Position numbers and translations under genes: made by a program. Below, in pieces: positions 1 through 10,156 of a DNA stretch of 64,000 bases. This DNA comes from Candidatus Aalborgiella aggregata. GTDB taxonomy: Bacteria; Pseudomonadota; Gammaproteobacteria; Burkholderiales; Burkholderiaceae_C. Each line of letters starts with the position of its first letter. The first letter of the stretch is position 1. The stretch is from assembly GCA_016705065.1 (NCBI GenBank), contig JADIYY010000002.1, positions 149,545 through 213,544 on the forward strand, read 5' to 3'. The notes under the pieces are model-generated. The model searched no databases. It saw nothing but the letters and a program-made list of their open reading frames with translations, and was not told the DNA's origin.

Positions 1-2
1 CG

Positions 3-824
3 ATTTTGGCTGAGCAAAACATTGCCAAATTATTTGCCGCAGCCATGGTTCCCGGCATCATTGCCATGTTGGGTTATATGATCGCCATTGCTATATATGT
101 GCGTGTGGTTCCCGGCCAAGCACCGGTTGTAGACGACGATGCACCCAAGCTCACTTTGGCAGCTGTGCTGGCAATTATTCCCATCACTTTGGTTTTCTTC
201 ATCGTGTTCGGCGGTATTTATGGTGGTTTTTTCACCCCGACTGAAGGCGCAGCTGTGGGTGCTGCGGCCACATTTGTGGCGGCTTTGATTAAGCGCGAAA
301 TGACGGTGCAAAAGTTCAAGCACTGCTTTTATGCCACAGCTGAAAGTGCTGCCATGATTTTCATGATTTTCTTGGGTGCTGATTTGATGAATTCGGCTTT
401 GTCGCTGACTCAGGTGCCAGCCCAATTAGCGAGTGTGGTCAATGGTTGGGGTTTGTCACCCTTGATGGTGGTGAGTGCCATTTTGTTGTTTTATGTGGTG
501 CTGGGCGCCGTGATGGATGAGTTGTCGATGATATTGCTGACCATCCCAATTTTCTTTCCCATGATCATGGGCTTGGACTTTGGCATGAGCAAAGAGCTCA
601 CCGCCATTTGGTTTGGCATCATGGTGCTGATGACGGTTGGTTTCGGTCTGCTGGCACCACCCGTGGGTTTGAATGTGTATGTCGTCAACAGCCTAGCCAA
701 AGACGTACCAATTTCTGAAAGCTACAAAGGTGTAATGCCTTTCCTCATTAGCGATACATTGCGTACTTTGTTGCTGTTGTTCTTCCCTGGCATTTCGCTT
801 TGGGTTTTGCAGTTCATCAAGTAA
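3..824 (+). CDS. TRAP transporter large permease subunit (DctM family), 5'-truncated by window edge
   Basis: Frame is open from the window start. The protein is very hydrophobic and multi-TM. A DctP-type TRAP solute-binding gene follows directly. Confidence 0.8.
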   Translation: MLAEQNIAKLFAAAMVPGIIAMLGYMIAIAIYVRVVPGQAPVVDDDAPKLTLAAVLAIIPITLVFFIVFGGIYGGFFTPTEGAAVGAAATFVAALIKREMTVQKFKHCFYATAESAAMIFMIFLGADLMNSALSLTQVPAQLASVVNGWGLSPLMVVSAILLFYVVLGAVMDELSMILLTIPIFFPMIMGLDFGMSKELTAIWFGIMVLMTVGFGLLAPPVGLNVYVVNSLAKDVPISESYKGVMPFLISDTLRTLLLLFFPGISLWVLQFIK

Positions 825-971
825 GGGATAGTCCTAATCCGCTAAGCCACAAATAAACACAAAACATAGGGCTTTCACTGTAGTCTCTATAGCTCTTTGG
901 TCGTTATATTTGAGCTGTCATTTATATTTCTTTTGATTTTTTTTCGACTTCATTACTAGGAGACATTCAAC

Positions 972-2036
972 ATGCCACAAAAAAACATTCGCCGTCGTGA
1001 ATTACTGAAAACCGGTGCTGCCGCAGCAGCTTTGGCGACACCAGCGCTGTCAGCTCTGGCACAACCAGCGGCGGTCACACTGAAGTTTCACACTTTCATG
1101 GCACCGCAATCCAACGTTTGGTTGAACATGCACAAAGCATGGATGGCTAAGGTTGAAAAAGAATCAGGCGGTCGCATCAAGTTTGAAGCCTATCCTGCCA
1201 TGCAATTGGGCGGTACACCGGTGCAGTTGTATGACCAAGCCAAAGACGGTGTAGCCGACATCACATGGACATTGCCTGGTAACACGGCGGGTCGCTTCCC
1301 ACGCGTCGAAGTGTTTGAATTACCCTTCATGATGACCAATGCCGAAGCCACTTCCAAAGCCTTATGGGAATACGTGCAAACCATGGCGGCCGATGAATTC
1401 AAAGACGTGCACGTGTTGGCACTGCATGTGCATGGTCCTGGCGTGATTCACACCGTGGAAAAACCTGTGCGATCAGTGAACGATGTCAAAGGCTTGAAAC
1501 TGCGCGCACCAACACGCCAAGCCACCAAGTTGTTAGCATCATTGGGGGCTACGCCAGTTGGCATGCCATTGCCAGGCATCCCTGATGCGCTGTCCAAAGG
1601 TACGATTCAAGGTGCGGTGATTCCATGGGAAGTGGTGACCGCTGTCAAAGTGCATGAACTCACCAAATACCATGCTGAATTTGACCCAGCAGGCGGCGCG
1701 CTTTACACCACTACGTTTGTGATGTCGATGAACAAAGCCAAATACGACGCACTGCCCGCTGATTTGAAAAAAATCATCGACAACAACACCGGCATGGCTA
1801 CTTCTGCTTTCTTGGGTAAAGTGCAACAAGAGGGCGACATCCCTGGCCGCAAAGCCACTGCTGACCGTGGCAATAACATCTTCACTGTGAGCGCCGCCGA
1901 AGCGCAAGATTTTAAAAACAAATCCAGTTTAATCGACGACGAATGGGTAGCCGATATGAACAAACGTGGTTACGATGGCAAAAAACTCTTGGAAACTGCC
2001 AAGGCATTGATTGCCAAACACACCAAAGCCAAGTAA
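972..2036 (+). CDS. TRAP transporter substrate-binding protein (DctP family) with Tat-like signal peptide
   Basis: N-terminus is MPQKNIRRRELLKTGAAAAALATPALSALA (twin-arginine signal). Length is about 350 aa and it sits next to the DctM gene. RBS 'aggaga' lies upstream. Confidence 0.85.
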   Translation: MPQKNIRRRELLKTGAAAAALATPALSALAQPAAVTLKFHTFMAPQSNVWLNMHKAWMAKVEKESGGRIKFEAYPAMQLGGTPVQLYDQAKDGVADITWTLPGNTAGRFPRVEVFELPFMMTNAEATSKALWEYVQTMAADEFKDVHVLALHVHGPGVIHTVEKPVRSVNDVKGLKLRAPTRQATKLLASLGATPVGMPLPGIPDALSKGTIQGAVIPWEVVTAVKVHELTKYHAEFDPAGGALYTTTFVMSMNKAKYDALPADLKKIIDNNTGMATSAFLGKVQQEGDIPGRKATADRGNNIFTVSAAEAQDFKNKSSLIDDEWVADMNKRGYDGKKLLETAKALIAKHTKAK

Positions 2037-2082
2037 TCAAACTGGTAAGTTGATTAAGCCAATTTGCAAAAATTGGCACTGT

Positions 2083-2112
2083 AAAAATAGGCGCCTCATG
2101 CGCCTATTTTTT
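2083..2112. terminator. Rho-independent terminator (A-tract, 8-bp GC-rich stem, T-tract)
   Basis: aaaaATAGGCGCctcatGCGCCTATttttt lies directly after the DctP stop codon. Confidence 0.75.
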
Positions 2113-2264
2113 ATGTACCTATATTTGTCTATTTTCCCCTCAAAAACTGCCATAACCATGCGTGCAATGCAGTCACTGCCCAACGATGTAGCATGGGATA
2201 AAATTCAAGCTATTCATACTGGTCAATTTGATCACATTCACCCACAACAATCAGAAAGTCGTAA

Positions 2265-4121
2265 ATGCCTGCATACCGTTCCAAAACATCTACCTCTGGT
2301 CGCAACATGGCGGGAGCGCGTTCATTGTGGCGTGCCACCGGCATGAAAGATGGCGATTTTGACAAACCCATCATTGCCATAGCCAATTCGTTCACCCAAT
2401 TTGTGCCCGGTCATGTGCATTTGAAAGATTTAGGTCAACTGGTGGCGCGCGAGATAGAAGCCGCAGGTGGCGTAGCCAAAGAATTTAATACCATTGCAGT
2501 GGACGATGGCATCGCCATGGGGCACGATGGCATGTTGTATTCATTGCCCAGCCGCGACATCATTGCCGATTCGGTGGAGTACATGGTGAACGCCCATTGC
2601 GCAGATGCATTGGTGTGCATTTCCAATTGCGACAAAATCACACCCGGTATGTTGATGGCAGCCATGCGTTTGAACATCCCGTGCGTGTTTGTTTCTGGCG
2701 GTCCCATGGAGGCTGGCAAAACGCGCTTGCTCAATCCCAAAACCCAAACCATTGAATTCAAAAAAATGGATTTGATTGATGCCATGGTGATGGCGGCTGA
2801 CAGCAGTGTCAGTGATGCTGATTTGGCCGAAGTGGAACGCTCCGCCTGCCCTACTTGCGGATCATGCTCAGGCATGTTCACTGCCAATTCAATGAACTGT
2901 TTGACTGAAGCGCTGGGCTTGTCACTACCGGGCAATGGCACCGTATTGGCCACACATGCAGACCGTGAACAATTGTTTTTGCGTGCAGGACGATTGGCAG
3001 TTGATTTGTGCAAACGCTATTATGAGCAAAACGATGAAACCGTTTTACCGCGCTCGATGGGTATGAAAGCCTTTGAAAATGCCATCACGCTGGACATTGC
3101 GATGGGTGGATCCACCAACACCATTTTGCATATCTTGGCGATCGCGCAAGAAGCGGAAATAGATTTCACGCTCAAAGACATTGACCGCCTATCTCGCGCC
3201 GTGCCCCAATTGTGCAAAGTTGCGCCCAACACCGACAAATACCACATTGAAGATGTACACCGCGCAGGCGGCATCATGGGTATCTTGGGTGAATTGGACC
3301 GCGCAGGCAAATTGCACACCGATGTACCCACGGTGTACAGCAAAACCATGAAAGACGCGTTGGATCAGTGGGACATTGCTCGCAAACCCAACGCTGATGT
3401 ACAAAAATTTTACCAAGCAGGCCCAGGCGGCATACCTACCCAAGTTGCTTTTAGCCAAGCAGCACGCTGGCCCAGCTTGGATACAGACCGCGCTGCTGGC
3501 TGCATACGCTCCGGTGCAAACGCTTTTTCACAGGAAGGTGGCTTGGCTGTGCTGTATGGCAATATTGCATTAAACGGCTGTGTCGTCAAAACTGCAGGTG
3601 TGGACGATGCACTGATGGTGTTTGAAGGCCCCGCCTATGTGACCGAATCGCAGGACGAAGCAGTGGCCGATATTTTGGCCGACAAGGTGAAGGCTGGCGA
3701 CGTTGTGATTGTGCGCTACGAAGGACCTAAAGGTGGCCCAGGCATGCAAGAGATGTTGTACCCTACTTCCTACATCAAATCCAAAGGGTTGGGCAAAGCC
3801 TGTGCTTTGTTAACCGATGGCCGCTTTTCAGGCGGCACATCGGGCTTGTCCATCGGCCACGCATCACCTGAAGCCGCAGCCGGTGGTGCCATTGGACTGG
3901 TTCGCCACGGTGACCGTATTCGCATCGACATCAAAAACCGCAGCATCAATGTGTTGGTGTCGGATGAAGAACTGGCAAAACGCCGCACTGAACAAAACGC
4001 CAAAGGCTGGAAACCCACCAAGCCACGTTCACGCAAAGTTTCTGCAGCTCTCAAAGCCTATGCGAAATTGGTGATGTCTGCCGACAAAGGGGCAGTGCGC
4101 GATTTGTCTCTATTGGACTAA
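2265..4121 (+). CDS. ilvD: dihydroxy-acid dehydratase
   Basis: Canonical IlvD N-terminus [32 protein letters not shown]. Full length is 618 aa, with the CDKITPGM and SGGTSG motifs. Confidence 0.97.
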   Translation: MPAYRSKTSTSGRNMAGARSLWRATGMKDGDFDKPIIAIANSFTQFVPGHVHLKDLGQLVAREIEAAGGVAKEFNTIAVDDGIAMGHDGMLYSLPSRDIIADSVEYMVNAHCADALVCISNCDKITPGMLMAAMRLNIPCVFVSGGPMEAGKTRLLNPKTQTIEFKKMDLIDAMVMAADSSVSDADLAEVERSACPTCGSCSGMFTANSMNCLTEALGLSLPGNGTVLATHADREQLFLRAGRLAVDLCKRYYEQNDETVLPRSMGMKAFENAITLDIAMGGSTNTILHILAIAQEAEIDFTLKDIDRLSRAVPQLCKVAPNTDKYHIEDVHRAGGIMGILGELDRAGKLHTDVPTVYSKTMKDALDQWDIARKPNADVQKFYQAGPGGIPTQVAFSQAARWPSLDTDRAAGCIRSGANAFSQEGGLAVLYGNIALNGCVVKTAGVDDALMVFEGPAYVTESQDEAVADILADKVKAGDVVIVRYEGPKGGPGMQEMLYPTSYIKSKGLGKACALLTDGRFSGGTSGLSIGHASPEAAAGGAIGLVRHGDRIRIDIKNRSINVLVSDEELAKRRTEQNAKGWKPTKPRSRKVSAALKAYAKLVMSADKGAVRDLSLLD

Positions 4122-5723
4122 CAAGGCCGTATAGTCATTTTTCGGTTGCTGCGTGATTTGGTTAAGGCTGCCTGATTCAACAATTTCACCATTTCGCATC
4201 ACCAACACTTGGTGCGCCATAGCGCGAATGACGTCAATGTCGTGTGTGATGAGCAAATAACTTAAGCCACGCTCTCGTTGCAAACGCTGCAGCAATTGCA
4301 AAACTTGCTTTTGAATCGTCACATCCAAGGCACTGGTGGGTTCATCCAGTACCAAAATTTGTGGCTCCACGATCAAGGCACGGGCTATGGCTATGCGCTG
4401 GCGCTGACCACCCGAAAACTCATGCGGATAGCGTGACAATAAATTGGGAAACTGCGCTTCCGACAAACCAACCTCGTGTAAGGCTTGCAGCACCTTGGTT
4501 TGGCTTTGTACCTGATTGAATTCAGGTGCATGTACCAACAAGCCCTCACCCACCAATTCAGAAATGGTCATGCGTGGCGAGAGTGAAGAAAACGGGTCTT
4601 GAAAAACAACTTGCACCACCTTACGCAAACCTTTGTCTTGTGCTTTTCCTTGTCCCCAGAATTGACCATTGATTTGCAAATGTCCTTTAGAGGCTTGCAA
4701 ACCCAATGCAGCCAATGCCAATGTCGTCTTACCAGAACCAGATTCACCGATGACACCCAATGTTTGTGCTGGTTGCAATTCAAAATTAGCATGTTTAACA
4801 GCAACAAACTCACCCTTTTTAAACCACCCTTTGACGCCTGTCAGTGGTGCGGGGTAGCTGACACACAGATCCTTGGCTTGCATACTGGGCTGCTGGGTAA
4901 CGGTTGTGTTTTGGTCCTGCTGATTGATGACTGCGGAACTTTCAAGCACATCACGTACGGGCTTGCTGTCCAACAATTTACGGGTATAGGCGTGTTGTGG
5001 GTTGGCAAAAACATCACTGACAGTGCCTTGCTCGACGATGTGACCACCTTCCATCACAATAATGCGATCGGCAAACTTGCGCACCAAGTTCAAATCATGC
5101 GTGATCAACAATACCGCCATGCCGTTTTGTTTTTGTAGGCCTGATAGCAATTCCAAAATCTGCAATCGCAAGCTCACGTCCAGCGCAGTGGTGGGTTCAT
5201 CGGCTAACAACAATTTTGGCTGACAAGCCAAGGCCATGGCGATCATGGCACGTTGGCGTTGGCCACCACTCAATTGGTGCGGATACGACTTGGCGCATCG
5301 TTCAGGATCAGCGATACCTGTAGATGCTATCAATTTAATTGCAGTATAGGCAATATCTATACCAGATACAGCCTGCTTTTGTTCTAAAACTTCAGCAATT
5401 TGATTGCCGATGGTGAATAACGGATTCAAAGCCGTCATAGGTTCTTGAAATATCATGGCAATGTCGCGTCCACGTATGTCGCGCATTTGCTGTTCAGAAA
5501 TTTGAAGCAAGTCGATGCTTTGTGCGCCTCTGAATGTTGCTGAACCACTCAACTGCGCATTCAGTGCCAAGCGCAACAAGCTCAGCGCCGTGACTGTTTT
5601 ACCTGAACCCGATTCACCCACCAATGCCACACGCTCGCCAGCTTTCACTGCAAAGTTGATGCCATGAACAACCGCTTTGTTGCCAAAGGATACGGTTAAA
5701 TTTTGAACGTCGAGTAAATTCAT
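4110..5723 (-). CDS. yejF: ABC transporter ATP-binding protein with duplicated ATPase domains (YejF/microcin C-type peptide importer)
   Basis: Two Walker A motifs (GESGSGKT twice) and two LSGGQRQR signatures. Follows yejB and yejE in the same operon. Confidence 0.9.
   Translation of the reverse strand: MNLLDVQNLTVSFGNKAVVHGINFAVKAGERVALVGESGSGKTVTALSLLRLALNAQLSGSATFRGAQSIDLLQISEQQMRDIRGRDIAMIFQEPMTALNPLFTIGNQIAEVLEQKQAVSGIDIAYTAIKLIASTGIADPERCAKSYPHQLSGGQRQRAMIAMALACQPKLLLADEPTTALDVSLRLQILELLSGLQKQNGMAVLLITHDLNLVRKFADRIIVMEGGHIVEQGTVSDVFANPQHAYTRKLLDSKPVRDVLESSAVINQQDQNTTVTQQPSMQAKDLCVSYPAPLTGVKGWFKKGEFVAVKHANFELQPAQTLGVIGESGSGKTTLALAALGLQASKGHLQINGQFWGQGKAQDKGLRKVVQVVFQDPFSSLSPRMTISELVGEGLLVHAPEFNQVQSQTKVLQALHEVGLSEAQFPNLLSRYPHEFSGGQRQRIAIARALIVEPQILVLDEPTSALDVTIQKQVLQLLQRLQRERGLSYLLITHDIDVIRAMAHQVLVMRNGEIVESGSLNQITQQPKNDYTALLVQ
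5325..5385 (+). repeat. Dispersed hairpin repeat, copy J (inside yejF coding sequence)
   Basis: tgctatcaatttaattgcagtataggcaatatctataccagatacagcctgctttt aligns with the other copies. On the minus strand it translates to [19 protein letters not shown]. Confidence 0.8.
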
Positions 5724-6772
5724 TTTTCAACTTTGCGCGGATCTAAGGCATCTCTTAAAGCATCACCCATGAATGTCAGCAACATCAATGTAATGACCAA
5801 CACGCCAAACGTTGACAGCGAAATCCACCATGCGTCAATGTTGTTTTTACCTTGTGCCAACAGTTCACCTAAGCTAGGCGTTCCAGGCGGTACACCCAAA
5901 CCTAAAAAGTCCAAAGATGTCAGTGCCAAAATTGCACCACTCATGCGAAAGGGTAAAAACGTGACAACCGGCGTCATACTGTTGGGCAATACATGACGTT
6001 TGATAATTTGCCAATTGCTCACGCCTAAGGCACGTGCTGAACGCACATAATCCATTTGACGGTTGCGCAAAAATTCAGCTCGCACATAGTCTGACAAGCC
6101 CATCCAGCCAAACAGACTGAGCAAAATCAGCAACAAGGCCAAGCTTGGTGAAAACACTGCACTGAAAATAATAAGCAAATACAACTCAGGCATGGCACCC
6201 CAGATTTCAATAAAGCGTTGAAATGCCAAATCCGTTTTACCGCCATAAAAACCTTGTATGGCACCTGTGATAACTCCCAAAACCGTACCCACAATGGTGA
6301 GCGCCAGGGCAAACAGCACACTGACACGAAAGCCATATAAAAGCTGCGCCAATAGGTCACGACCTTTGTCATCCGTACCCAACCAGTTTTCACCTGAGGG
6401 CGCAGAGGGGTTGGGTGTGCTGGCGAAATAATTCAGTGTTTGTGCGCCATAGTGGTTGATTGGGAAAACTGCCCAATTGCCATCGCTTGACAATTTTTGC
6501 TGAATCAGAGGATCTAAATAATCGGTAGGCGTTTCAAAATCGCCTCCAAAAAATGTTTCCGGGTAATCTTTCAATATTGGAAAGTAATAGCTCTGTTTGT
6601 AGTGCACGAGCAAAGGTTTATCGTTGGACAAAACTTCTGCAAACAAGCTCAAAAATACCAATACACAAAACACCACAAAGCTGTAAAAGCCCAAACGATT
6701 ACGTTTAAAACGTTGCCAAGCACGACTGCTTGGTGAATTATTCAAACTTGACACGTGGGTCCACCCAAACAT
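5720..6772 (-). CDS. yejE: ABC transporter permease (YejE-type)
   Basis: Multi-TM BPD-transporter permease with a 4-bp overlap onto yejF. The exact start is uncertain: in-frame GTG at 6754 or TTG at 6745 would shorten the overlap with yejB. Confidence 0.85.
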   Translation of the reverse strand: MFGWTHVSSLNNSPSSRAWQRFKRNRLGFYSFVVFCVLVFLSLFAEVLSNDKPLLVHYKQSYYFPILKDYPETFFGGDFETPTDYLDPLIQQKLSSDGNWAVFPINHYGAQTLNYFASTPNPSAPSGENWLGTDDKGRDLLAQLLYGFRVSVLFALALTIVGTVLGVITGAIQGFYGGKTDLAFQRFIEIWGAMPELYLLIIFSAVFSPSLALLLILLSLFGWMGLSDYVRAEFLRNRQMDYVRSARALGVSNWQIIKRHVLPNSMTPVVTFLPFRMSGAILALTSLDFLGLGVPPGTPSLGELLAQGKNNIDAWWISLSTFGVLVITLMLLTFMGDALRDALDPRKVEK

Positions 6773-7757
6773 ACATCAAATCACTGATCAACTTCGTCAC
6801 CAAACCAATCAGGGTAAATAAATACAGCGTTCCCAACACCACAGGGTAATCTCGACGGATAACGCTTTCATAACTCAGCAAACCTAATCCATCCAACGAA
6901 AACAAGGTTTCTATTAAGAGCGATCCCGTGAAGAATGCACCGATGAACGCGGCAGGAAAACCAGTCACGATGGGTATCAAAGCGTTACGAAAAACATGTT
7001 TGTACAAAACTTGTTTTTCGGACAAGCCTTTGGCACGCGCAGTGGTGACATAGTGTTTGCGAATTTCTTCTAAAAATGCATTCTTGGTGAGCATGGTTGT
7101 AACAGCAAAACTGCCCAAGACCATGGCTGTAACGGGTAATACGATGTGCCACAAATAGTCCGCAATCTTTGCGCCCCAACTCAAAGTGTCCCAATTTGCC
7201 GATGTCAAACCTCGCAACGGAAACCATTGCAACTGTCCGCCAAAAACCACCAACAAGGCAACGCCCAATACAAACCCAGGAATGGCATACCCAAACAAAA
7301 CAACCAAGGTGGTGAAAAAGTCAAACCGCGAGCCTGCACGTACTGCTTTGGCAATACCCAAAGGAATTGAAATCAGATAGCTGATAAAAAAAGTCCATAA
7401 ACCCAAGCTGATTGAAACTGGTAATTTCTCTTTCACCAAATCCCATACTGGTTTGTGTTGAAAAAAACTCTTTCCCAAGTCGAAGCTGAGATAGGATTTG
7501 ATCATTATCCAAAACCGTTCAGGTGCCGGTTTATCAAACCCATACAGCGCTTTGATTTCAGCCAGACGTTTTTCGTCTACGCCCTTGCCACCTCGGTAAA
7601 TTGATTCACCACCCGCACCCGAGCTAGCCTTTGCCTCTGCTAGATATTGCTCAACAGGCCCACCGGGTACAAATTGAATAACGACAAAAGTGAGCAGCAG
7701 AACCCCAAACAAGGTGGGAATCATCAGCAAAAGACGTTTGAGAATGTAGCTCAGCAT
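6738..7757 (-). CDS. yejB: ABC transporter permease (YejB-type)
   Basis: N-terminus MLSYILKRLLLMIPTLFGV is typical of OppB/YejB permeases. It is the first gene of the minus-strand operon. Confidence 0.88.
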   Translation of the reverse strand: MLSYILKRLLLMIPTLFGVLLLTFVVIQFVPGGPVEQYLAEAKASSGAGGESIYRGGKGVDEKRLAEIKALYGFDKPAPERFWIMIKSYLSFDLGKSFFQHKPVWDLVKEKLPVSISLGLWTFFISYLISIPLGIAKAVRAGSRFDFFTTLVVLFGYAIPGFVLGVALLVVFGGQLQWFPLRGLTSANWDTLSWGAKIADYLWHIVLPVTAMVLGSFAVTTMLTKNAFLEEIRKHYVTTARAKGLSEKQVLYKHVFRNALIPIVTGFPAAFIGAFFTGSLLIETLFSLDGLGLLSYESVIRRDYPVVLGTLYLFTLIGLVTKLISDLMYVWVDPRVKFE

Positions 7758-7831
7758 GAAGAAGATTCTACTTCGTCATTTAAGGGACAATATACGACTT
7801 ACATTGATAACCATCTAACATAATTACTTCT

Positions 7832-9025
7832 ATGCCTGCCTCTACTGTGGTTTTCTTACTCGCCTTGATGATGGGTATTCAACCCGTAACCACGGATTTA
7901 TATTTACCCGCCCTGCCTGCGCTTGCAACCAACCTGAATGCCACCATGGCGCAAGCACAGTACACGCTGTCTGCACTGCTGCTGGCGTTTGGTGCATCGC
8001 AGTTGGTTTGGGGACCGCTATCGGACCGGTTTGGGCGCAAACCGATATTGATTACAGGTTTGGCGGCGTATGTGCTGGCCTCAATCGGAAGCGCGTTTGC
8101 TGGCACGATTGATTTGCTGATTTACTGGCGCATATTGCAAGGCTTGGCCATGGGCGCTGTGGTCATGTGTGGCAGGGCTTTGGTGCGCGACTTGTATGCA
8201 CCCATTGACGGTGCCAAAGTGATGTCCAAGGGTTTGAGTGGGCTGGGGGTGATTGCTTGCTTGAGCGCACCTGTGGGTGGTTTGCTGGTGAGTTATTGGA
8301 ACGCTACAGCGACCTTGATGGCATTGGCTGTGTTTGGGGCACTGACGCTGTGGATGGTGCTCAGCCGTTTTGAGGAGAGTTTGGTCGCAAAAAACCCCAA
8401 AGCTTTGCAAGCTGGCACATTGGTCAGCACGTGGTGGATGATTCTGAAAAACCCAGTTTTCTTAACCTATAACGCGCTGTCGTTTGCGTCATACGGAGTG
8501 TTGTTTACATTTTTAGCATCGTCATCGTTTGTGTTCATCAAAGGCTTTGGTTTATCTGCGGCTGGCTATGGTTTGGTGATGTTTGGCATGTCTTTGCATT
8601 ACATTGCGGGCACGTTTTTATGCCGGCATTTATTGGTACGTTTGGGCATGCGCGACACTTTGGCAATAGCTGGCGGCATATCCCTGAGTGGCGGCTTGCT
8701 GATGGGTGCTTTATTTTGGCTTGGTGTCCAAAGCGCTTGGGCGATTGCCTTGCCATTCTTTTGCATGGCGGTAGGGCATGGCATCCACCAACCATGCGGG
8801 CAAACAGGTGCGGTTGGGCCTTTTCCGCAGGCAGCAGGCGCTGCATCGGCACTTAACGGTTTTTTGATGATGGTGGTTGCCTTCTGCACCGGTGCGTGGC
8901 TAAGTACCTACCCCAGCTTGCACAGCCGTGGCGACGCACTGCCATTGGTTATAGGTGTACTGTTTTGGACAGTGTGCGTGGCCTTGATTGCGTGGACGGC
9001 TGCACAAAAATATGGCAAACAGTGA
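7832..9025 (+). CDS. MFS transporter, Bcr/CflA drug-resistance subfamily
   Basis: 12-TM MFS profile. Motif LSDRFGRKPIL lies in loop 2-3. Length is 397 aa. Confidence 0.85.
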   Translation: MPASTVVFLLALMMGIQPVTTDLYLPALPALATNLNATMAQAQYTLSALLLAFGASQLVWGPLSDRFGRKPILITGLAAYVLASIGSAFAGTIDLLIYWRILQGLAMGAVVMCGRALVRDLYAPIDGAKVMSKGLSGLGVIACLSAPVGGLLVSYWNATATLMALAVFGALTLWMVLSRFEESLVAKNPKALQAGTLVSTWWMILKNPVFLTYNALSFASYGVLFTFLASSSFVFIKGFGLSAAGYGLVMFGMSLHYIAGTFLCRHLLVRLGMRDTLAIAGGISLSGGLLMGALFWLGVQSAWAIALPFFCMAVGHGIHQPCGQTGAVGPFPQAAGAASALNGFLMMVVAFCTGAWLSTYPSLHSRGDALPLVIGVLFWTVCVALIAWTAAQKYGKQ

Positions 9026-9049
9026 TCGTTATAGTTAGCATCGTTAGAT

Positions 9050-10132
9050 ATGACACCGTCCACTTTGTTGACTTCTTTGCCGCGCTACATCTCCATCGCC
9101 GGTCCGACGGCATCGGGCAAAACGGCTGCCGCACTGGCCATTGCAGAGCATCTCAAAACCCGTATTCAGGTAGAGATCATCAGTGTTGATTCGGCTTTGG
9201 TGTACCGTGGCATGGACATTGGCACGGCCAAACCGACCGCTGCCGAGTTGGCCGTTGTACCGCACCACCTCATTGATATTCGCGACCCCATAGAAGCCTA
9301 TTCAGCCGCAGAATTTGTGAAAGACGCGACGCGTTTGATCAAGGAAATCACCGCACGCGGCAAACTGCCAGTGCTGGTGGGTGGCACCATGTTGTATCTC
9401 AAAGTCCTGTGGCACGGTTTAGATGACATGCCCGCTTCTAACCCCAGTATTCGTGCGAACATCGAACGCGAAGCCGCTATTACAGGCTGGCCAGCGATGC
9501 ACGCACAGCTCGCCCAGGTCGATGCCATTACTGCGGCACGATTAAAGCCCAATGACGCACAACGCATTCAGCGCGCACTAGAGGTGTACCGAATAACTGG
9601 TAAGCCGCTGTCCTCTTTTCAAACCGCTTACCGTGATACAGCGCCAAGCGCTATAAATTCAATAGCACCTCAGGCAATTAATACGCCGGCTATAGGCCAA
9701 AAAGACCATTATTTTTCTGAGAACAACAGCAATCCACTTTTCATCTCACTTGAACCGCAGGACCGTGCTTGGTTGCATGCGCGCATTGCACTGCGTTTTG
9801 ATGCCATGCTGGAGGGCGGATTTGAGCAAGAAGTGCGTGCATTGCGCGCCAGAGCCGATTTGAGCATTGACACCGCTTCAATGCGCTGCGTGGGTTACCG
9901 CCAAATGTGGGAAGCGCTGGATACTTTGAAAGATGGTGCGATGGATGCAAAAACCCTGCAAGACTTGCGCGACAAAGGCATTGCCGCCACGCGCCAACTG
10001 TGCAAGCGGCAATTGACATGGCTGCGCTCTATGCCCCAACGCCAAGCGATTGCTTGCGATGCACCCGATGCGCTTGCACAAGTATTGCAAGCAGTGGATA
10101 CTTGGGTGCAAACTGATGTGCAAACACATTAA
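9050..10132 (+). CDS. miaA: tRNA dimethylallyltransferase, carrying a repeat-derived in-frame insertion
   Basis: P-loop GPTASGKT and [16 protein letters not shown] motifs are present. At 360 aa it is about 40 aa longer than typical MiaA. Confidence 0.93.
   Translation: MTPSTLLTSLPRYISIAGPTASGKTAAALAIAEHLKTRIQVEIISVDSALVYRGMDIGTAKPTAAELAVVPHHLIDIRDPIEAYSAAEFVKDATRLIKEITARGKLPVLVGGTMLYLKVLWHGLDDMPASNPSIRANIEREAAITGWPAMHAQLAQVDAITAARLKPNDAQRIQRALEVYRITGKPLSSFQTAYRDTAPSAINSIAPQAINTPAIGQKDHYFSENNSNPLFISLEPQDRAWLHARIALRFDAMLEGGFEQEVRALRARADLSIDTASMRCVGYRQMWEALDTLKDGAMDAKTLQDLRDKGIAATRQLCKRQLTWLRSMPQRQAIACDAPDALAQVLQAVDTWVQTDVQTH
9649..9720 (+). repeat. Dispersed hairpin repeat, copy A (in frame inside miaA)
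   Basis: cgctataaattcaatagcacctcaggcaattaatacgccggctataggccaaaaagaccattattttt. It encodes [23 protein letters not shown]. Confidence 0.85.
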
Positions 10133-10156
10133 CTACCCACTGAACGAGGTTAAACC

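Noticed and set aside
88-110. The sequence attgctatatatgtgcg in dctM matches the first 10 nt of the repeat.
   Set aside because: The match is too short. No hairpin partner or downstream repeat sequence follows.
2011-2346. A 111-aa ORF spanning the dctP terminator and the ilvD start.
   Set aside because: It runs through a rho-independent terminator and overlaps the ilvD N-terminus out of frame. It shows no protein-like features.
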